From the NCBI GenBank assembly GCA_964016885.1, contig OZ024741.1, positions 66,340,001 through 66,404,000 of the forward strand: a DNA stretch of 64,000 nucleotides. Reading direction: 5' to 3'. Origin of the DNA: Eledone cirrhosa. Its lineage: Eukaryota. The position numbers and the translations under genes are program-made. The notes beneath the pieces were generated by a model. The model ran no database searches, was not told the DNA's origin, and saw only the letters and a list, made by a program, of their open reading frames with translations. Position 1 is the stretch's first letter, and every line of letters starts with the position of its first letter. Below are positions 49,551 through 63,700 of the stretch, piece by piece.

Positions 49551-49739
49551 ATTACAGTATTGTGAATTTTTGCATATATATATATATTTACATAGTAAAA
49601 TTTTTTATTAATTCTTCAGCGTGTGTAAAAATATAATAATATAATGTAATTCATTGAACAATAATTATAAAAGAAAGAAAAAAGAGAGAAATCGAGAGGG
49701 GGGTGGGCAGTTCATCACCAAGTGCGCCAATAGGCCGCA

Positions 49740-49930
49740 CCTCACACCTTAGGGATTAACTACACACTTTCAGGCAAGCCAGCATGCTCGCAGCATTACC
49801 ACGGGTGATGGCGAGGCTAAGGCGCTGAAATAACCAGGTACCCTCATGGGTATCACCCAATACCTCAGTAAGATGAGCCGCCAGTGAAGATAAGAACATA
49901 GCCCAACTCCACCAAACCTCTCAAACGCCA
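49740..49930 (-). mobile_element. CRE-like LINE 3' fragment
   Basis: The - strand reads EGTWLFQRLSLAITRGNAASMLACL. Confidence 0.7.
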
Positions 49931-49990
49931 CAATAATTATTTTTGACACGTTTGGTGGAGTCGCGCTTATCGGTTCTGAATGAAAATAAC

Positions 49991-50079
<89 letters not shown>

Positions 50080-50372
50080 GCGAGTAACGCGTTATTTTAC
50101 CACGAATCGTTTGATCCGTCTACGAACAATTATCACTTGTATTCTGAGTCTGTTGTGGCATTGTGAATTCCTTATTGGCGCCATGGTCTAAGATTTGCCG
50201 TTCACTTATTCAGGAACCAGGTCATTCAGAGATACTTTAGCAGTTAAATATCAAATTATGTACTGATTTTATTACTGCACTAGGGCTTGATGAACATAAC
50301 CACAAGGATATGGATGTTTAGACTCTACTTTATGTCAACTACAGCTACTCAGAGGCAGGCCTCTGACTGTCT

Positions 50373-50837
50373 ATGAATCACACTATTTTCTTTAGAGTAA
50401 CATGACACTTTATTTCATGTAGCTCCAGTCTATCTCAGTTGGCAAAAATGAGGGCCAGCTTTGTCACGCATTTTATATATAATTCAAGATCAACACAGAA
50501 AAAACAGACATACAATCACGCAATGTCTCATTAGTTTCACGGTATATATATAAGTGGTAACACGCGGATCCTCAGCTCGTAATCGATTACGAGCTGAGGA
50601 TCCGCTAAGGTGAAACAATTGTTCTCGGTATGGTGAACTAACTGTTGTGTTACCACTTATATATATACCGTGAAACTAATGAGACATTGCGTGATTGTAT
50701 GTCTGTTTTTTCTGTGTTGATCTTGAATTATATATAAAATGCGTGACAAAGCTGGCCCTCATTTTTGCCAACTGAGATAGACTGGAGCTACATGAAATAA
50801 AGTGTCATGTTACTCTAAAGAAAATAGTGTGATTCAT
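50373..50837. mobile_element. Large, near-perfect fold-back Penelope-like pseudo-LTR pair
   Basis: Arms of about 190 bp plus an inner palindrome gcggatcctcagctcgtaatcgattacgagctgaggatccgc. Confidence 0.85.
50590..50627 (+). ncRNA. Minimal type I hammerhead ribozyme
   Basis: cgag-CTGAGGA-tcc(gctaa)ggt-GAAA-caattg-TT-ctcg, with palindromic AACAATTGTT. Confidence 0.8.
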
Positions 50838-50937
50838 ATATATATATATGAGATTTTGCGTGATTGTATTTATATATATATGTATGTGTGTATACCCCCC
50901 CCCCCCACACATACCCATCCACACACACACATATATA

Positions 50938-51126
50938 AAACAAAGAAAGTGTGGTAAGAAACCAGGTGAACCATAACGCACCAGAGTACCCGATATATAG
51001 GGTAGTAGAGTGGGTAATAGGAAAAGAGTCAGGACCCCGACGGCTGAGCTCCGGCCGTTTCGACAGCTAGATCTAGCTGTCGAAACAGCCGGAGCTCAGC
51101 GGTCGGAGTCCTGATTATTTTCCTAT
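50938..51126. mobile_element. Fold-back element with tail (same family as 24243)
   Basis: Loopless palindrome centred on ctagatctag (about 51068-51077), with arms ataggaaaa..tcgacag / ctgtcga..ttttcctat. Confidence 0.8.
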
Positions 51127-51514
51127 ATATATATATATATATACATATAGATATGCTTGTATATACATACATACATACACATACAAACTACGTAATTCTG
51201 CGCGGTTTCTGCCTACCAAATTTCATTCACTAGGCATTGGTCAGCTCAAGATTACAGTTAACGACGCTTCCCAAAAGTATTATATGGATAAAATGTATAC
51301 ACATTTTTATACGTGTCTAAGGTATAAACGTCACAACTTCGATCATTTTAAAACTGTATACTGTGACTTTATAAATTACATCATTTTTCAGACAGATCAC
51401 TAAGAATTATTACAGGGGAGACAAGTATCTAATAAACTATCCAGTGGTATTCGAGTTATTCCCCCTAGTTGCTTTTATTTTTTATACGCATATACGAAAT
51501 TTTATATTCGAAAG

Positions 51515-52750
51515 GGTTGGCGAATTAGCTGAATCGTTAGAACGTCTGATAGAATGGTTCGTGGTATTCGTTCCAGTTCTCTGCTGTTTGTGTTCAAATC
51601 TCACCAAAGGCAGCGTCCAGAGGGTCGGACGCCATGCTTTGACGTATAGAGTTACGGCCCTTGCGATTCTGAGTTCAAATCCCGCCGAGGTTAACTTTGC
51701 CTTTCATCCTTACGGGTCGATAAAATAATGTACCAGTAATGCAGTGGGTAATTGCTGGCCTTGTGTCAAACGTAGAAACAATTATTTCGAGGTCAATAAA
51801 TACAGTATCAGTCCAGTACTGGGTCGATGCTTAAAACAGTCATAGTGAGCCTTATGCATGGTTAGTATACATAAAAATATTGAGGGTGGCGGATTGACAG
51901 TATCAGTAGAGCGTCGGACAACATGCTTTATGGCATAGGGTTATGCTACTTTACGATCTAAGTTCAAATTCTGTCGAGGTTAGATTTGCCTTGCATCTTT
52001 ACAGGGTCGATAAAATAAAGTACCAGTAATGTACTGGGGTCGATTTAATCGGCTTTCCCCTCCCCCAAAATTGTTGGCCTTGTGTCTAAATCAGAAATCA
52101 ATTTACATAAACATATCACATATGCCTTCACATATACCTCTATTATGAACCACGCTATGTTAGTGCTTCTGTTAATGGCTACTACTTATGTTTACACTTC
52201 AAGTAGATGAAAGTCAAAATGGATACCGTTGGGAAGATTTAAACCTAAGACGTGGAGCAGATGCTAAACTGACAAGCGACTGTTAGCTATTGACATGGGG
52301 AAATATAATGGGAAACTAGGAAATCTATATTTTCTTTTCTATTCTACTCGTGCTTTTCACGTGTATGGTATGAACACTGTACGGGAAATGTTTGCAATCG
52401 AGAATCGAAACTGGGTTGCAGACATGACTTGCCGGCAGCTATTTTCTTTCATAACATACACAGGCTTACGGGGTCTATAAAATAAAGCACCAGTAATGCA
52501 CTGGGGCCGATTGAATCGATTTTCCTCTCCCTTAAAATTGAGGGCCTTGTGCCTAAATCAGAAACCATTGGCAATATCGGTAGAGGGTCGGACGCCATGC
52601 TTTGTAGCATAGAGTTATGTCTCTTTATGTTCTGAGTTCAAATCCCGCCGAGGTTAACTTTGCCTTTCATCCTTACGGGGTCGATAAAATAAAGTACCAG
52701 TAATGCACTGATTTATTGCTGGCCTTGTGCCAAAAGTAGAAACAATTATT
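51515..52750 (+). mobile_element. Cluster of at least four SINE family 1 copies, nested or tandem
   Basis: Copies at about 51515-51785, 51884-52100, 52463-52568 and 52568-52750. Confidence 0.85.
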
Positions 52751-52867
52751 AAAAAGATGGAAATAGCTTTCATCTAGGGGAGATAACTCTCCATACTTAT
52801 TGGTATAGTCGATGCCTGAGACGAGTTGTTGATAATTTAAAATCTTTGTTTTTAGTTTTAGAAAAAC

Positions 52868-52902
<35 letters not shown>

Positions 52903-53465
52903 TTATAGAAGTATATCCACAATTCCTCTTTTCCTCTACTTTCCCATACAGCCAGATCTGCCCTTCTTTATGCCTTCCCCCTTTTCTCATTACTTAATTT
53001 TGCTTTTATCTTTCGTCTTCAAATTTATGTAATTATCAATGGTTTTTAAGCCAACTTTGTGAATAAAATAAAGTACCATTAAAAAAGAAAACAAAAAACT
53101 ATGGCAGTTCCCCAGCATGACCTTAGTTAGTCGGCTGAAACACGTAATAGAGTAATAGAGTAATTATTCGTCAATGTATGTATATTTAAAAACGAAAAAG
53201 AAAGAAAGTTGAATAGCGAAAGGAAAAGTGGTGGGGAACGGAGCGGTAGACATTACACCCCAGTGTAGGTGATATATATTATAGGCTTACCGTTGACAAA
53301 TTGGCGAAGACATTGCTGCTGAGAACATCCAGTAGCACACGCCACATCAGCCACTCTACCCCACGCCACTTCGGGTGAGATGCACTACTCTCGATTTGGG
53401 GGAGAAAATGTGTCTCGTAATAAATTTTGTGGAGGAAATCTATCATCTACTATATTAAAGGGCTA

Positions 53466-53655
53466 GGGTGATGGATTGGCAGTATCGGTAGAGCGTCGGA
53501 CACCATGCTTTGCACATAGAGTTACGGCCCTTTACGTTCTGCGTTCAAATCCCTCCGAGGTTAACTTTGCCTTTCATCCCTACGGGGTCGATAAAATATA
53601 TCGACTTTTCCTTCCCTCAAATTGTTGGCCTTGTGCCTGAAGTAGAAACAATTAT
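53466..53655 (+). mobile_element. SINE family 1
   Basis: ggattggcagtatcggtagag..gttcaaatccc..ggccttgtgcctgaagtagaaacaatt. Confidence 0.85.
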
Positions 53656-53872
53656 ATTAAAATGCTAACAATAGATTACATGTTATGTCAATTGGTGACC
53701 ACACTATAGCAAGGGATTAGTGTTAATGTGAGAAAGAGTGGCGGTGGTTGTGGTGATATCGAAATATATTTTTTAAACATTTTCACTGCATGAAAACTAT
53801 AAATCCTCAAATTATAAATAAGTAAAATATTTCATTTCGAGTTTCAGCCATTTGCTAAATTTATACATTACT

Positions 53873-54533
<661 letters not shown>

Positions 54534-54559
54534 GGATGGTGGAAGCAGATTGACCACCT

Positions 54560-55835
54560 CACCAATGGAACCCTGATGGTGGTGTCGATGCTGGTTGTGT
54601 GGCCAGTTGGTGTGGTTGTGGAGGTGGTGTTGTTTCAGATGAGTTCGTGCGTGGTATGGGTATGTGTTTGTGTGTTTTGTGTTTTCTGGAGTGGGTGCTG
54701 ATCTCTGGCAGGGAGTTTTTTTCTGATTTTTTTTTGTGTTTTTTTAATTTTTTTTTTAGTTTTTTTGGTTAGTGTGTTTCGTCTTCTCTTTCACTGGGAG
54801 AGGAGGAGGAGGCGCATGTATCTGATAATGGCAGGGTGTAAATATGTTTGTGGCTGTATGTGTGTGTGTGTGTGTGTGTTTAGAGCAGAGTGAGAGAGGG
54901 AGAGATTTTTGACGGAACCACTGGGTGTTGTTTTTTGGAGTCAGTTGCTGCTGTAGGTGATGATGCTGGTCATGTTGGTGTTGTCATTGCTGCTACTGCT
55001 GCTGCTGCTGTTAATACCGCAGTTGCTGATGTTGTTGTGGCTGTTGAGGCCCTTGTGTTGGCAACAAGGGGGTCTGTTGTTCCCTGCGTTGTGCCGAGGG
55101 AAGAACACTCTCAAGTGGATCATCTTTCTTTCAACGATGATATGGAGTTCCACGCCAACCAACAAGCGAATAAGGTCTGGTTTGATGTCTCCCAGACCAG
55201 TTTCCCCTTGTGTCCTCTTCACCTCGCGGAAGGTGTTGCTTACTTCAAGGGCTACGCAGGCCAAGATCCGCCAGATATCCAGTTCTGGCTGGATTCCTGC
55301 AATTTTTATCTTTACAGTCTTTCTACACAGATGCACCGGATAGAGTATGAATTTGTCTGTCCAACCGGAGACCACAGAGTTTGTCAGGACCAGGGCTTCA
55401 CTCTCGAAGAGCACTGAAATGGTACAAAATTTCCTGGCTCTAGCAATGTGTTGGATGTCCGGCAATATGGTTTTCAGTGCTCTTCCAACTCCATTAAGGG
55501 GTATTGCCTCTAGTCGTCTAGTTTGTACTGAAATGCATTTGTACGTTAGAGCCTCTTTGGTTATTGCTGCCAATAGGACAAGACAGCTATGGCGGCCCAA
55601 GTCTTGTCCGATTTTCCAAACAGTTGTCCTTGTTCACAATTTCCAAATCCAACATTTGTGTGGCTTTAGCAACCGTTCTTGCCAACGTTTTGTTCATATT
55701 GTTGTTATTCTTGTTGTTATTGTTGCTGCTGTTGTCATTTGTGCTGCTGTCTGTGTTACTGTTATTTTTGTTTTTTTTTGCTTCTGTTGTATTTGTTGTT
55801 GTTGGTAGTGTTAATGATTGTATTGTTGTTGCAAT
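54560..55835 (-). pseudogene. Decayed ORF1 of a further Tx1-like subfamily
   Basis: YKCISVQTRR..TISVLFESEAL..ILYP.H..IAGIQPELDIW aligns with copy A FRCISVETKR..TVSVLFKSEAL..IMYPSH..IPRIPPGLDMW. No adjacent ORF2. Confidence 0.8.
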
Positions 55836-56141
55836 TTAAGGGAAAGGGAAAAGCTGATTGTACTTGATTTTATTGAGCTCAGAAAAATAAAAGGCAAGGT
55901 TGACCTCATCGGGATCTGAGCTCAGATGTAAAGATTTGCAACTAAATGCTAGAAAGTATTTTGTCCGACATGCTAACGATTCGGCCATGATGTTGATTTC
56001 TAACATCACCTCGTATTCTAAACATGTACTACTAGAAGATAAAGTAATCTTCACCAATTTTTTGTCATGATGTGGCAAGAATTATATCTTCATTCTTTTG
56101 CTCTCCATACTTCAGTGTTTATTCTGTCTCTTTCTAGCACA

Positions 56142-56311
<170 letters not shown>

Positions 56312-56924
56312 CTCTCTCTCTCTCTCATCCTCTCTCTCTTCTTCTAACTCTCTCACACGCAGGTACACACACACACACACACACTCACACGCACACACAC
56401 AGACACAGACACATACACACACACACACACGCGCGCGCGCTACCACACACACACACACTTTCACTTTCGCTCACATGTGCTCACACACATACAAGCACAC
56501 TCATGAACACACACGACTTCACGTACACACATAGGCATACACTTGCACACACATTTTCATAGGCGCCCTGACAAACACACATGCACACACTCAAACACAC
56601 ACATCCACATGCACAGACGCGCGCACACACACACATATACACACACATACCCCCCCCCCCCACTAACACAATGCCAATATGTACACACATACATACTCAA
56701 TGACTCTTGCTCTCTCATCCATTTCTTTCAACAATTTTTTACAATGACTTCACCAAAAAATATTAAATAAATACTTCATGGCAGTTTTGCCAATTTTTTT
56801 AATATTATTGTAAAAAAATACCTGCAAATGATTTCATTAGGGATGACAGAATTGTGTGGGAAGTAGGCGACAGATAATTTGAAAGTGTGTAATAAGAAGA
56901 GAGAGAGAGAGAGAGAGAGAGAGT

Positions 56925-56960
<36 letters not shown>

Positions 56961-57136
56961 TACAGATAGGCAGTTAGCCAGATAGATAGATAGATAGATA
57001 TACAGATAAATAGATAAATAGCACAGACACATGCACACAAACACACACTCACGCACACGCACACAATACACACAGTCACACACACAAATATATATGATAA
57101 AGTTACATCTATATATATATATAATGCAGATAATTT

Positions 57137-57184
<48 letters not shown>

Positions 57185-57354
57185 TAAACGATGCTGATGA
57201 CTGAAATGAAATGTAGGAAGATGAGTAAGGTTAGAGGAGCGGTTGTTATAAAATGCCACACTGGAGGTTTAAAGTAAGACAATATAGAGAAGAAGTAAAT
57301 AGACAACCAGTGAAATAATCAAACATCAATATGGAAATAGCAGTAAGAAAGCAA

Positions 57355-57406
57355 TAACATCGTCATCATCATCACCATCATCACCATCATCACCATCATC
57401 ACCATC

Positions 57407-57438
<32 letters not shown>

Positions 57439-57484
57439 CATCACCATCATCACCATCATCATCATTACCATCATCATCATCATT

Positions 57485-57529
<45 letters not shown>

Positions 57530-57699
57530 GTCATAATCATCGTCATCATCATCATTATCATGATCATCATCACCATCACCATCGTCATCATCATCGTCAT
57601 CATCATCGTCATCATCATCGTCATCGTCATCGTCATCATCATCATCATCATCATCATCGTCATAATCATCGTCATCGTCATCATCACCATCACCACCAC

Positions 57700-57742
<43 letters not shown>

Positions 57743-58032
57743 GTCATCGTCATCATCGTCGTCATCATCATCATCATCGTCATCGTCATCATCATCATCA
57801 TCATCTTAATCATCTTCGTAGTCGTGGTCGTCGTCATCCTCATGAAAATCACCGCCGCCACCACTACAACCATCATCATCATCATAACGATCATAATAAT
57901 CATCTTCATCATTCTCAAAAGTATCATCATCGCCATCGTCGTGGCCGTCTTCATGACTACCACAGCCACCACCACCACCACAGCCACCACCACAACCACA
58001 GCCACCACCACCACCACAGCCACCATCACCAC

Positions 58033-58064
<32 letters not shown>

Positions 58065-58270
58065 ACAACAGGAACAACAGGAAGAAGAAAAACAACAGTA
58101 TCCCCACCACCTCCACCAGGACAACCACAACCACCATCACTACCACTACCACCACAAGCAGCACCACCATTCCTCCCCCCCCCCTCACCAGCGCAATCTC
58201 CACCACCACCACCATCACCACCACAAACCAACACAATTGAAAACAACACGAATAACAACAACACAAACAA
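57355..58270. repeat. Long compound (CAT)n/(CAC)n/(CAA)n trinucleotide tract
   Basis: About 0.9 kb of degenerate triplets. The poly-M/I/D ORFs are artefacts. Confidence 0.95.
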
Positions 58271-58666
58271 CCACAGCTATGAAAATCAAACCCTTACCCC
58301 TCCCTTCCCCCCATCCCCAGGAAACACAACAACAATATTATAAAATGTTGATTGATGACATTTTCTTTAGGCCCCAACACAAGGTTTCGATAACCTTGGT
58401 GAAAGAAACTCCCTTGAGGGGTCGGGGAAAATAAAAGATGAAATTCTTCACTTGGTTTATTTATAAAGAAAAATAGATTGCACTGGAGGAAAATAGAGAC
58501 AGCACCACCTTCTTTCTTTCCTTCCCCTTTCTTTCTTTCTTTCTTTCTTGCTTTCTTTTATTTTTTCTTTCTTTTATTTTTTCTTTCTTTTTCTTTCTTC
58601 CTTTCATTTTTACTTTCTTTCTTCCTTTCTTCCTTTCTTTCATTTATTAAATTCTTTTTTTCTTTT

Positions 58667-58712
<46 letters not shown>

Positions 58713-58929
58713 CTCTGGGATGGACACACGCGTATAACTTGCTGAGTAAGTTCTGTTTAAATTTCTATAGAAATTCTTGTCTGATAACTTTAATTTTTGT
58801 ACCATTTTGTAGAGGGACTGCCAGGTCAAACTTTGATCTGGTCAGTCTCTCAAAATATTCCACGCCTTTAGGCGAAATAGTTAAACAAAAATAAAGTTTT
58901 TTCTTGTTGAAAAGTCAATATTTTTTTAA

Positions 58930-60717
58930 ATGGCCGAAGCTTCTTCACCAAAATTCGAAGGAGGAAAGGGGAAGATGAACTTACAGCTTCCCCCTGCCAC
59001 TGTCACAGTAGCAGAGGTCAAGAAGAAAGGTCAGCCAGAGGAAGAATTCTCTCCACCTGTTAACCGACAACTTGACGTTGCCATGGCAACAACTCAAAGA
59101 ACCAGCAGCAACAGCAACAACAACAATGCGACGGACGAAAACAACACCAATAACAATAACAATAACAACAACAAGACCAATAACGGTGACAACAACAACA
59201 ATGATAACAACAACACCACCAACGACAACAACAACACAAACAAACAAAATTTCTCCTTCGCCGAGACGACAAGGAAAACCCTCGACTATCTGCCAGTAGA
59301 TATAACAAAAGCGAAGGAGCTACTGGCGGATGCGAAAAAATATATAGTGTACGGGGAAAATGGTTCATTCACAATCCATTCCCCCCCGGAACTAAAAAGC
59401 CAGAGACTCCTAAACACGGTCATGTTTAGGACAATCTCGAACAAAAGTAAAAAACCAGCTCAACCATCACAGAGCGAGATAGAGCTGGTTTTAAAAGACG
59501 TCATGAAGGACATCACCTTCATTCAGAAGGATAGACTCTACGGGAGTCTATCCATTCTCATGAAGGACAGGGACACAGCAGTGAAACTGTCCATCAAACC
59601 AATCACATCCACCGCATACACCTTCTACCCTACGTACATGGGTAGAAGAACACAAAAAATAAAAATCCACACCATCCTGCCGATTATGGACATATGGTGG
59701 GTTTTGACAGGTTTTCTGGACCTGGAGGATGACATGCTGGTGTCCATGGGAAAGGCATCGGGTGACGCGTTCAGTGGAACGAGCCTCGAACTTGTAGTTC
59801 AAATGAGGCCCGAAAGGATCGCCCAGATCCCTGAACGCGTCATACTGGATGATCTAACCTTCATCAACATTACCGTTGAGGGTAGACGGCCCTCGTGTTA
59901 CCTCTGCGGAACCAGAGGTCACCTGAGGGCTGTCTGTCCCCAACTTAATAAGAAAACCCCAATCCTGCCTACACCACCAACAACTGCACAACCAACACAA
60001 TCACCACAACTACCACTACAAAAACAACCACCACAGCTCAAACCAAAACAAAACAATGTCCAACCCATCCCCTCCACTCAAAAAACAAAAACAATTTCCA
60101 AAACACCCGTACCGCAAACACAACCCGAAAATATACCCCTCCCCTCCAACGCGGAAGATGACCCTAGTTCGTCGTCAGACGAGGAGGAGCACTTCCACAC
60201 AATCAAAAGAAAAAAAAGAAAACACACCTCAGACACACAAATGAAAAAAAACCCTCCCCAAAACATAACACTGACACCAACACAAAAGAGCTCACAACAA
60301 CAGCAAACAAAAAACACCACACAAAAACAAAAACATGCATACACATACATAAATACAAGAAACAAAAAACTGTTAAACATTGTGTACAACAACAATCTAA
60401 TAAAAACACAAGGGCCTAACTTCACCCAGGCAGGGGATTTCCCCCACCTCAAAATGATTAAGGCCCCACAGGACACCTATAAAACTTTAAAAAACAATTT
60501 TAAAGAGGACGTGGGTCCCCCCTGCGTCGGGCCCATTAACCGCGTCCTCCTAAAAAACTATCCCACCCCCTCCCCAAACACCCACACAACTCCAAGCTCC
60601 CCAACCACACATCACACTGATGCCCCCACACTTCCACAAACCACCACCCCACCCAACAACCCATCCCCCACCCTAATGGAAATTGTGCAGCCCGATACCC
60701 GGGACGCAGAGAGGTAA
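58930..60717 (+). CDS. Tx1-like ORF1p, 595 aa
   Basis: Poly-Asn N-terminus, YPTYMG, CCHC knuckle CYLCGTRGHLRAVC, DPSSSSDEEE plus a basic patch, and a conserved C-terminal module. Confidence 0.9.
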   Translation: MAEASSPKFEGGKGKMNLQLPPATVTVAEVKKKGQPEEEFSPPVNRQLDVAMATTQRTSSNSNNNNATDENNTNNNNNNNNKTNNGDNNNNDNNNTTNDNNNTNKQNFSFAETTRKTLDYLPVDITKAKELLADAKKYIVYGENGSFTIHSPPELKSQRLLNTVMFRTISNKSKKPAQPSQSEIELVLKDVMKDITFIQKDRLYGSLSILMKDRDTAVKLSIKPITSTAYTFYPTYMGRRTQKIKIHTILPIMDIWWVLTGFLDLEDDMLVSMGKASGDAFSGTSLELVVQMRPERIAQIPERVILDDLTFINITVEGRRPSCYLCGTRGHLRAVCPQLNKKTPILPTPPTTAQPTQSPQLPLQKQPPQLKPKQNNVQPIPSTQKTKTISKTPVPQTQPENIPLPSNAEDDPSSSSDEEEHFHTIKRKKRKHTSDTQMKKNPPQNITLTPTQKSSQQQQTKNTTQKQKHAYTYINTRNKKLLNIVYNNNLIKTQGPNFTQAGDFPHLKMIKAPQDTYKTLKNNFKEDVGPPCVGPINRVLLKNYPTPSPNTHTTPSSPTTHHTDAPTLPQTTTPPNNPSPTLMEIVQPDTRDAER

Positions 60718-60741
60718 GTGCCTTTTCTCTTCACTACCAAC

Positions 60742-63700
60742 ATGGCTATGCTAAGAGTAGGCTGTTTAAATGCGCGTGGCCTGGGCTCAACTTGGAAGCA
60801 AGCAATGCTTCTAAATGACCTCAGGTCACAACGTATAGATGTGATGGTTATTTGCGAGGCCCGGATCAGCAACGTGCGACAGCTGGCCCCCGCCTTTGAT
60901 GACTTTGAGATGCACGCATCTCTCTGTCAGCCCGGAGGCGGGGGTGGAGTTGTCGTTCTGCTGCAAAAACATCTGGGTCTCGCAACACAGATGGTACATT
61001 TGGACCCGGAGGGTCGACTAGTGGTTCTGGACCTTGGCAGTGGTAAAGGCGGAGCGTTTAGGTTGGTAGCCGCCTACGGCCCTTTCGGGTCAATGCGGCC
61101 GGACTTCTTCCATCGTCTGGAGACTTTTCTAGGGACGTCCCGCTCCTTGCTATTAGTGGGGGACTGGAATGGTATCCTAGATGCACGCTGGGACTACGTA
61201 GGGGCCTGCCCCGATAGAGAGGGGTGTAATAGCCTCAAAGGGTTAATCGGTCGATTTGACCTGGCCGATAGATATCGACTAGATTTTCCGACTGCGCCAA
61301 CCTGGACTTGGGCAAATCGTAGCGGATCATCTAGGTCGTACCTAGATAGGTTCTTAGTTAGAATTAAGGATAAGGACTTTTTAAGTTGTCCAAAAATGCG
61401 CATGGTTGGCTATTCAGACCACAAATTAGTGACCTGCATGGTCAACCTTGACAGAACTCATAGACAGGGCCCCGGTTACTGGAAGCTCAACTTGTCCTTG
61501 CCGGCAAGTAGAGCCTACAGGAATCGGATTAGTACGTTAGTTAAGGAACGGTTGACTGGAGCGATCGTCAACAGCAGGTGGTGGGTATCTCTAAAGAGAG
61601 AGATTAGAGTAGTCTCGATAGAATTTAGTAAGGTTCTAGCTGCGGATAGGAATAGGAAGGAAAGGGAGCTAATAGATAGAGTAGAAGAGGCAATTAGAAG
61701 CGGCGACGTGGCCAGAGTGCTAGCGTCGAGAACGGCTTTGAGCCAGTTTTTCGACGCGAAGCACGAAGGCTGCGTTGTCCGAAGTAAAATACGTGCTCTA
61801 GGGAACGAGGGGACCAAAGCTGTTAGCTGGGCCCGCGTGACAGAGGCCAACAGTGGAACTAAATCCACCATCCGGTCTTTGCGAGACCTGGATGGACGAG
61901 CGATTCTTGAGCCTAAGCAGATGTGTGAGGCCTTTCAAAGGCACTTTGCCCGACTGTTCGGGAGGGGCGGGGAGCCGGTTGGGAATGTGGACTTCGGTCC
62001 ATACCTCGACGGCCTGCCGCGCCTCTCGGACAGGGAGGCGAAGTCCTGCGAGGAGCCGATTTCGGCCGCTGAGATAGAGGACGTGCTGAGCCAATGCGGC
62101 AAACGCAAATCCCCGGGTCTCGATGGTCTTCCTTACGAATTATATCTAGCTATGCCGGACTTGTTCCCCGATCTCCTCGAGGTGGTCTACTGCAACTGGC
62201 AACAGAACGGGAGAATTCCCTGTACTGTGACCAAGGGCGTAGTCACGCTAGTGAGGAAGGACGAGAACAAGGGGGACGAAATAAGTAACTTCAGGCCCAT
62301 AACACTGCTAAATACAGAGTTACAGATTTTGGCCAAGGTGCTAGCAAAGAGGTTGGCGCTTGTCGTGGGCAACCTGGTGGGAGATGCGCAGACATGCGCT
62401 ATCCCGTCCAGGTCCATCCATGACAACCTCCACCTCATGCGATACATCATAGAGAGGGTTGGGAACGAACCCGGCTTTGGTGGGGCTCTGATCAACTTGG
62501 ATCAATCTAAGGCGTTCGATAGGGTCGACCATGGTTACCTGGATGCGGTGCTAGCGGCGGCAGGCTTCGGACCCGTTTTCAGGGGCTGGATCACTGCTAT
62601 GCACAGCAGCCGCATCTGCTCAAGGGTCAAGGTGAACGGCTACCTCTCGGAGTCGTTCAAAATCGCGCGGTCCATCCGACAAGGGTGCCCTCTCTCCTCC
62701 CTTCTGTATGTGTTGACTCTCGAGCCACTACTGCGGAAGTTGGAGTTGTTGCAGGGCATCCCTTTGGAACCGGGATTGCGGAAAGCGGTGTCGGCCTACG
62801 CCGATGACGTGACAGTAATGGTGTCGACGGCCTCCGAAATCGAGGCGGTCGGCACCTTACTGGAGGAGTACGAAAAGTTCACAGGGGCTAAGCTGAACCG
62901 GGACAAGTCGATCGGTTTGCAACTCGGCACGTGGAGGGGCAGACCGATGCCCTCCGATGGCGTCGTCGGACGCTGGACGGAGGGCCCGGTGAAGTTGCTC
63001 GGGGTCTGGTTCGGACCGGACCTCCAGGTGGAGAAAAACTGGGCGGAGGTTACGAACAGGGTGTTTGCACTGACCCAGAAGTGGGCCAGTTGCAAACTAT
63101 CCCTGAAAGGTCGGGCGGAGGTGGCGAACACTTATATAGCGTCCGTCATCTACTACCGCCTGACCGTAGTGCCCTGCCCAAGGGAAACCCTCACCAAGAT
63201 GGAGCGCGCGCTCTTCCAATTCCTTTGGAAGAGGCGGGCTCCTATGGTGAGGAGATCCATCTGCTGTCAACACCCTTCGAAAGGAGGGCTGGGGATGCCG
63301 TGGCTAATGATGCGTAAACACGCATTAAGGCTACGGCACCTCTACGTATTCCTCACCGGACAACCGGTGTGGGCCTCGTTTGTAAGACGAACCTTTCCCA
63401 GACTCGTCTCACTCACCGAGCTGCAATCCTGGGTCAAGCAAAGACCGAGAAAACTGGGCGCCTGGCACACTGAGTGTGCCCAGGCGCTCACCGCCCTCTG
63501 GCAGGCGGATCCGGTTATCAGTGGAGACTCCACCGCAACATTCTATAGAGGGCTGGTACGCAGCAGGTGCGACGACGCCCTCGGAGAAGCCCTAGACATG
63601 GAGGAGGACGAACTGGCCAGCCTGTTCGGTAGGACATTCAGCCCGGGACCTATGGACAACTTCCAGAAGTCCCTGGCCTGGCAGTGCTACCGAGGGGCTT

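Noticed and set aside
57319-58270. Poly-Met, poly-Ile and poly-Asp ORFs, and YI/HT/CV repeat ORFs throughout the window
   Set aside because: They are translations of microsatellites.
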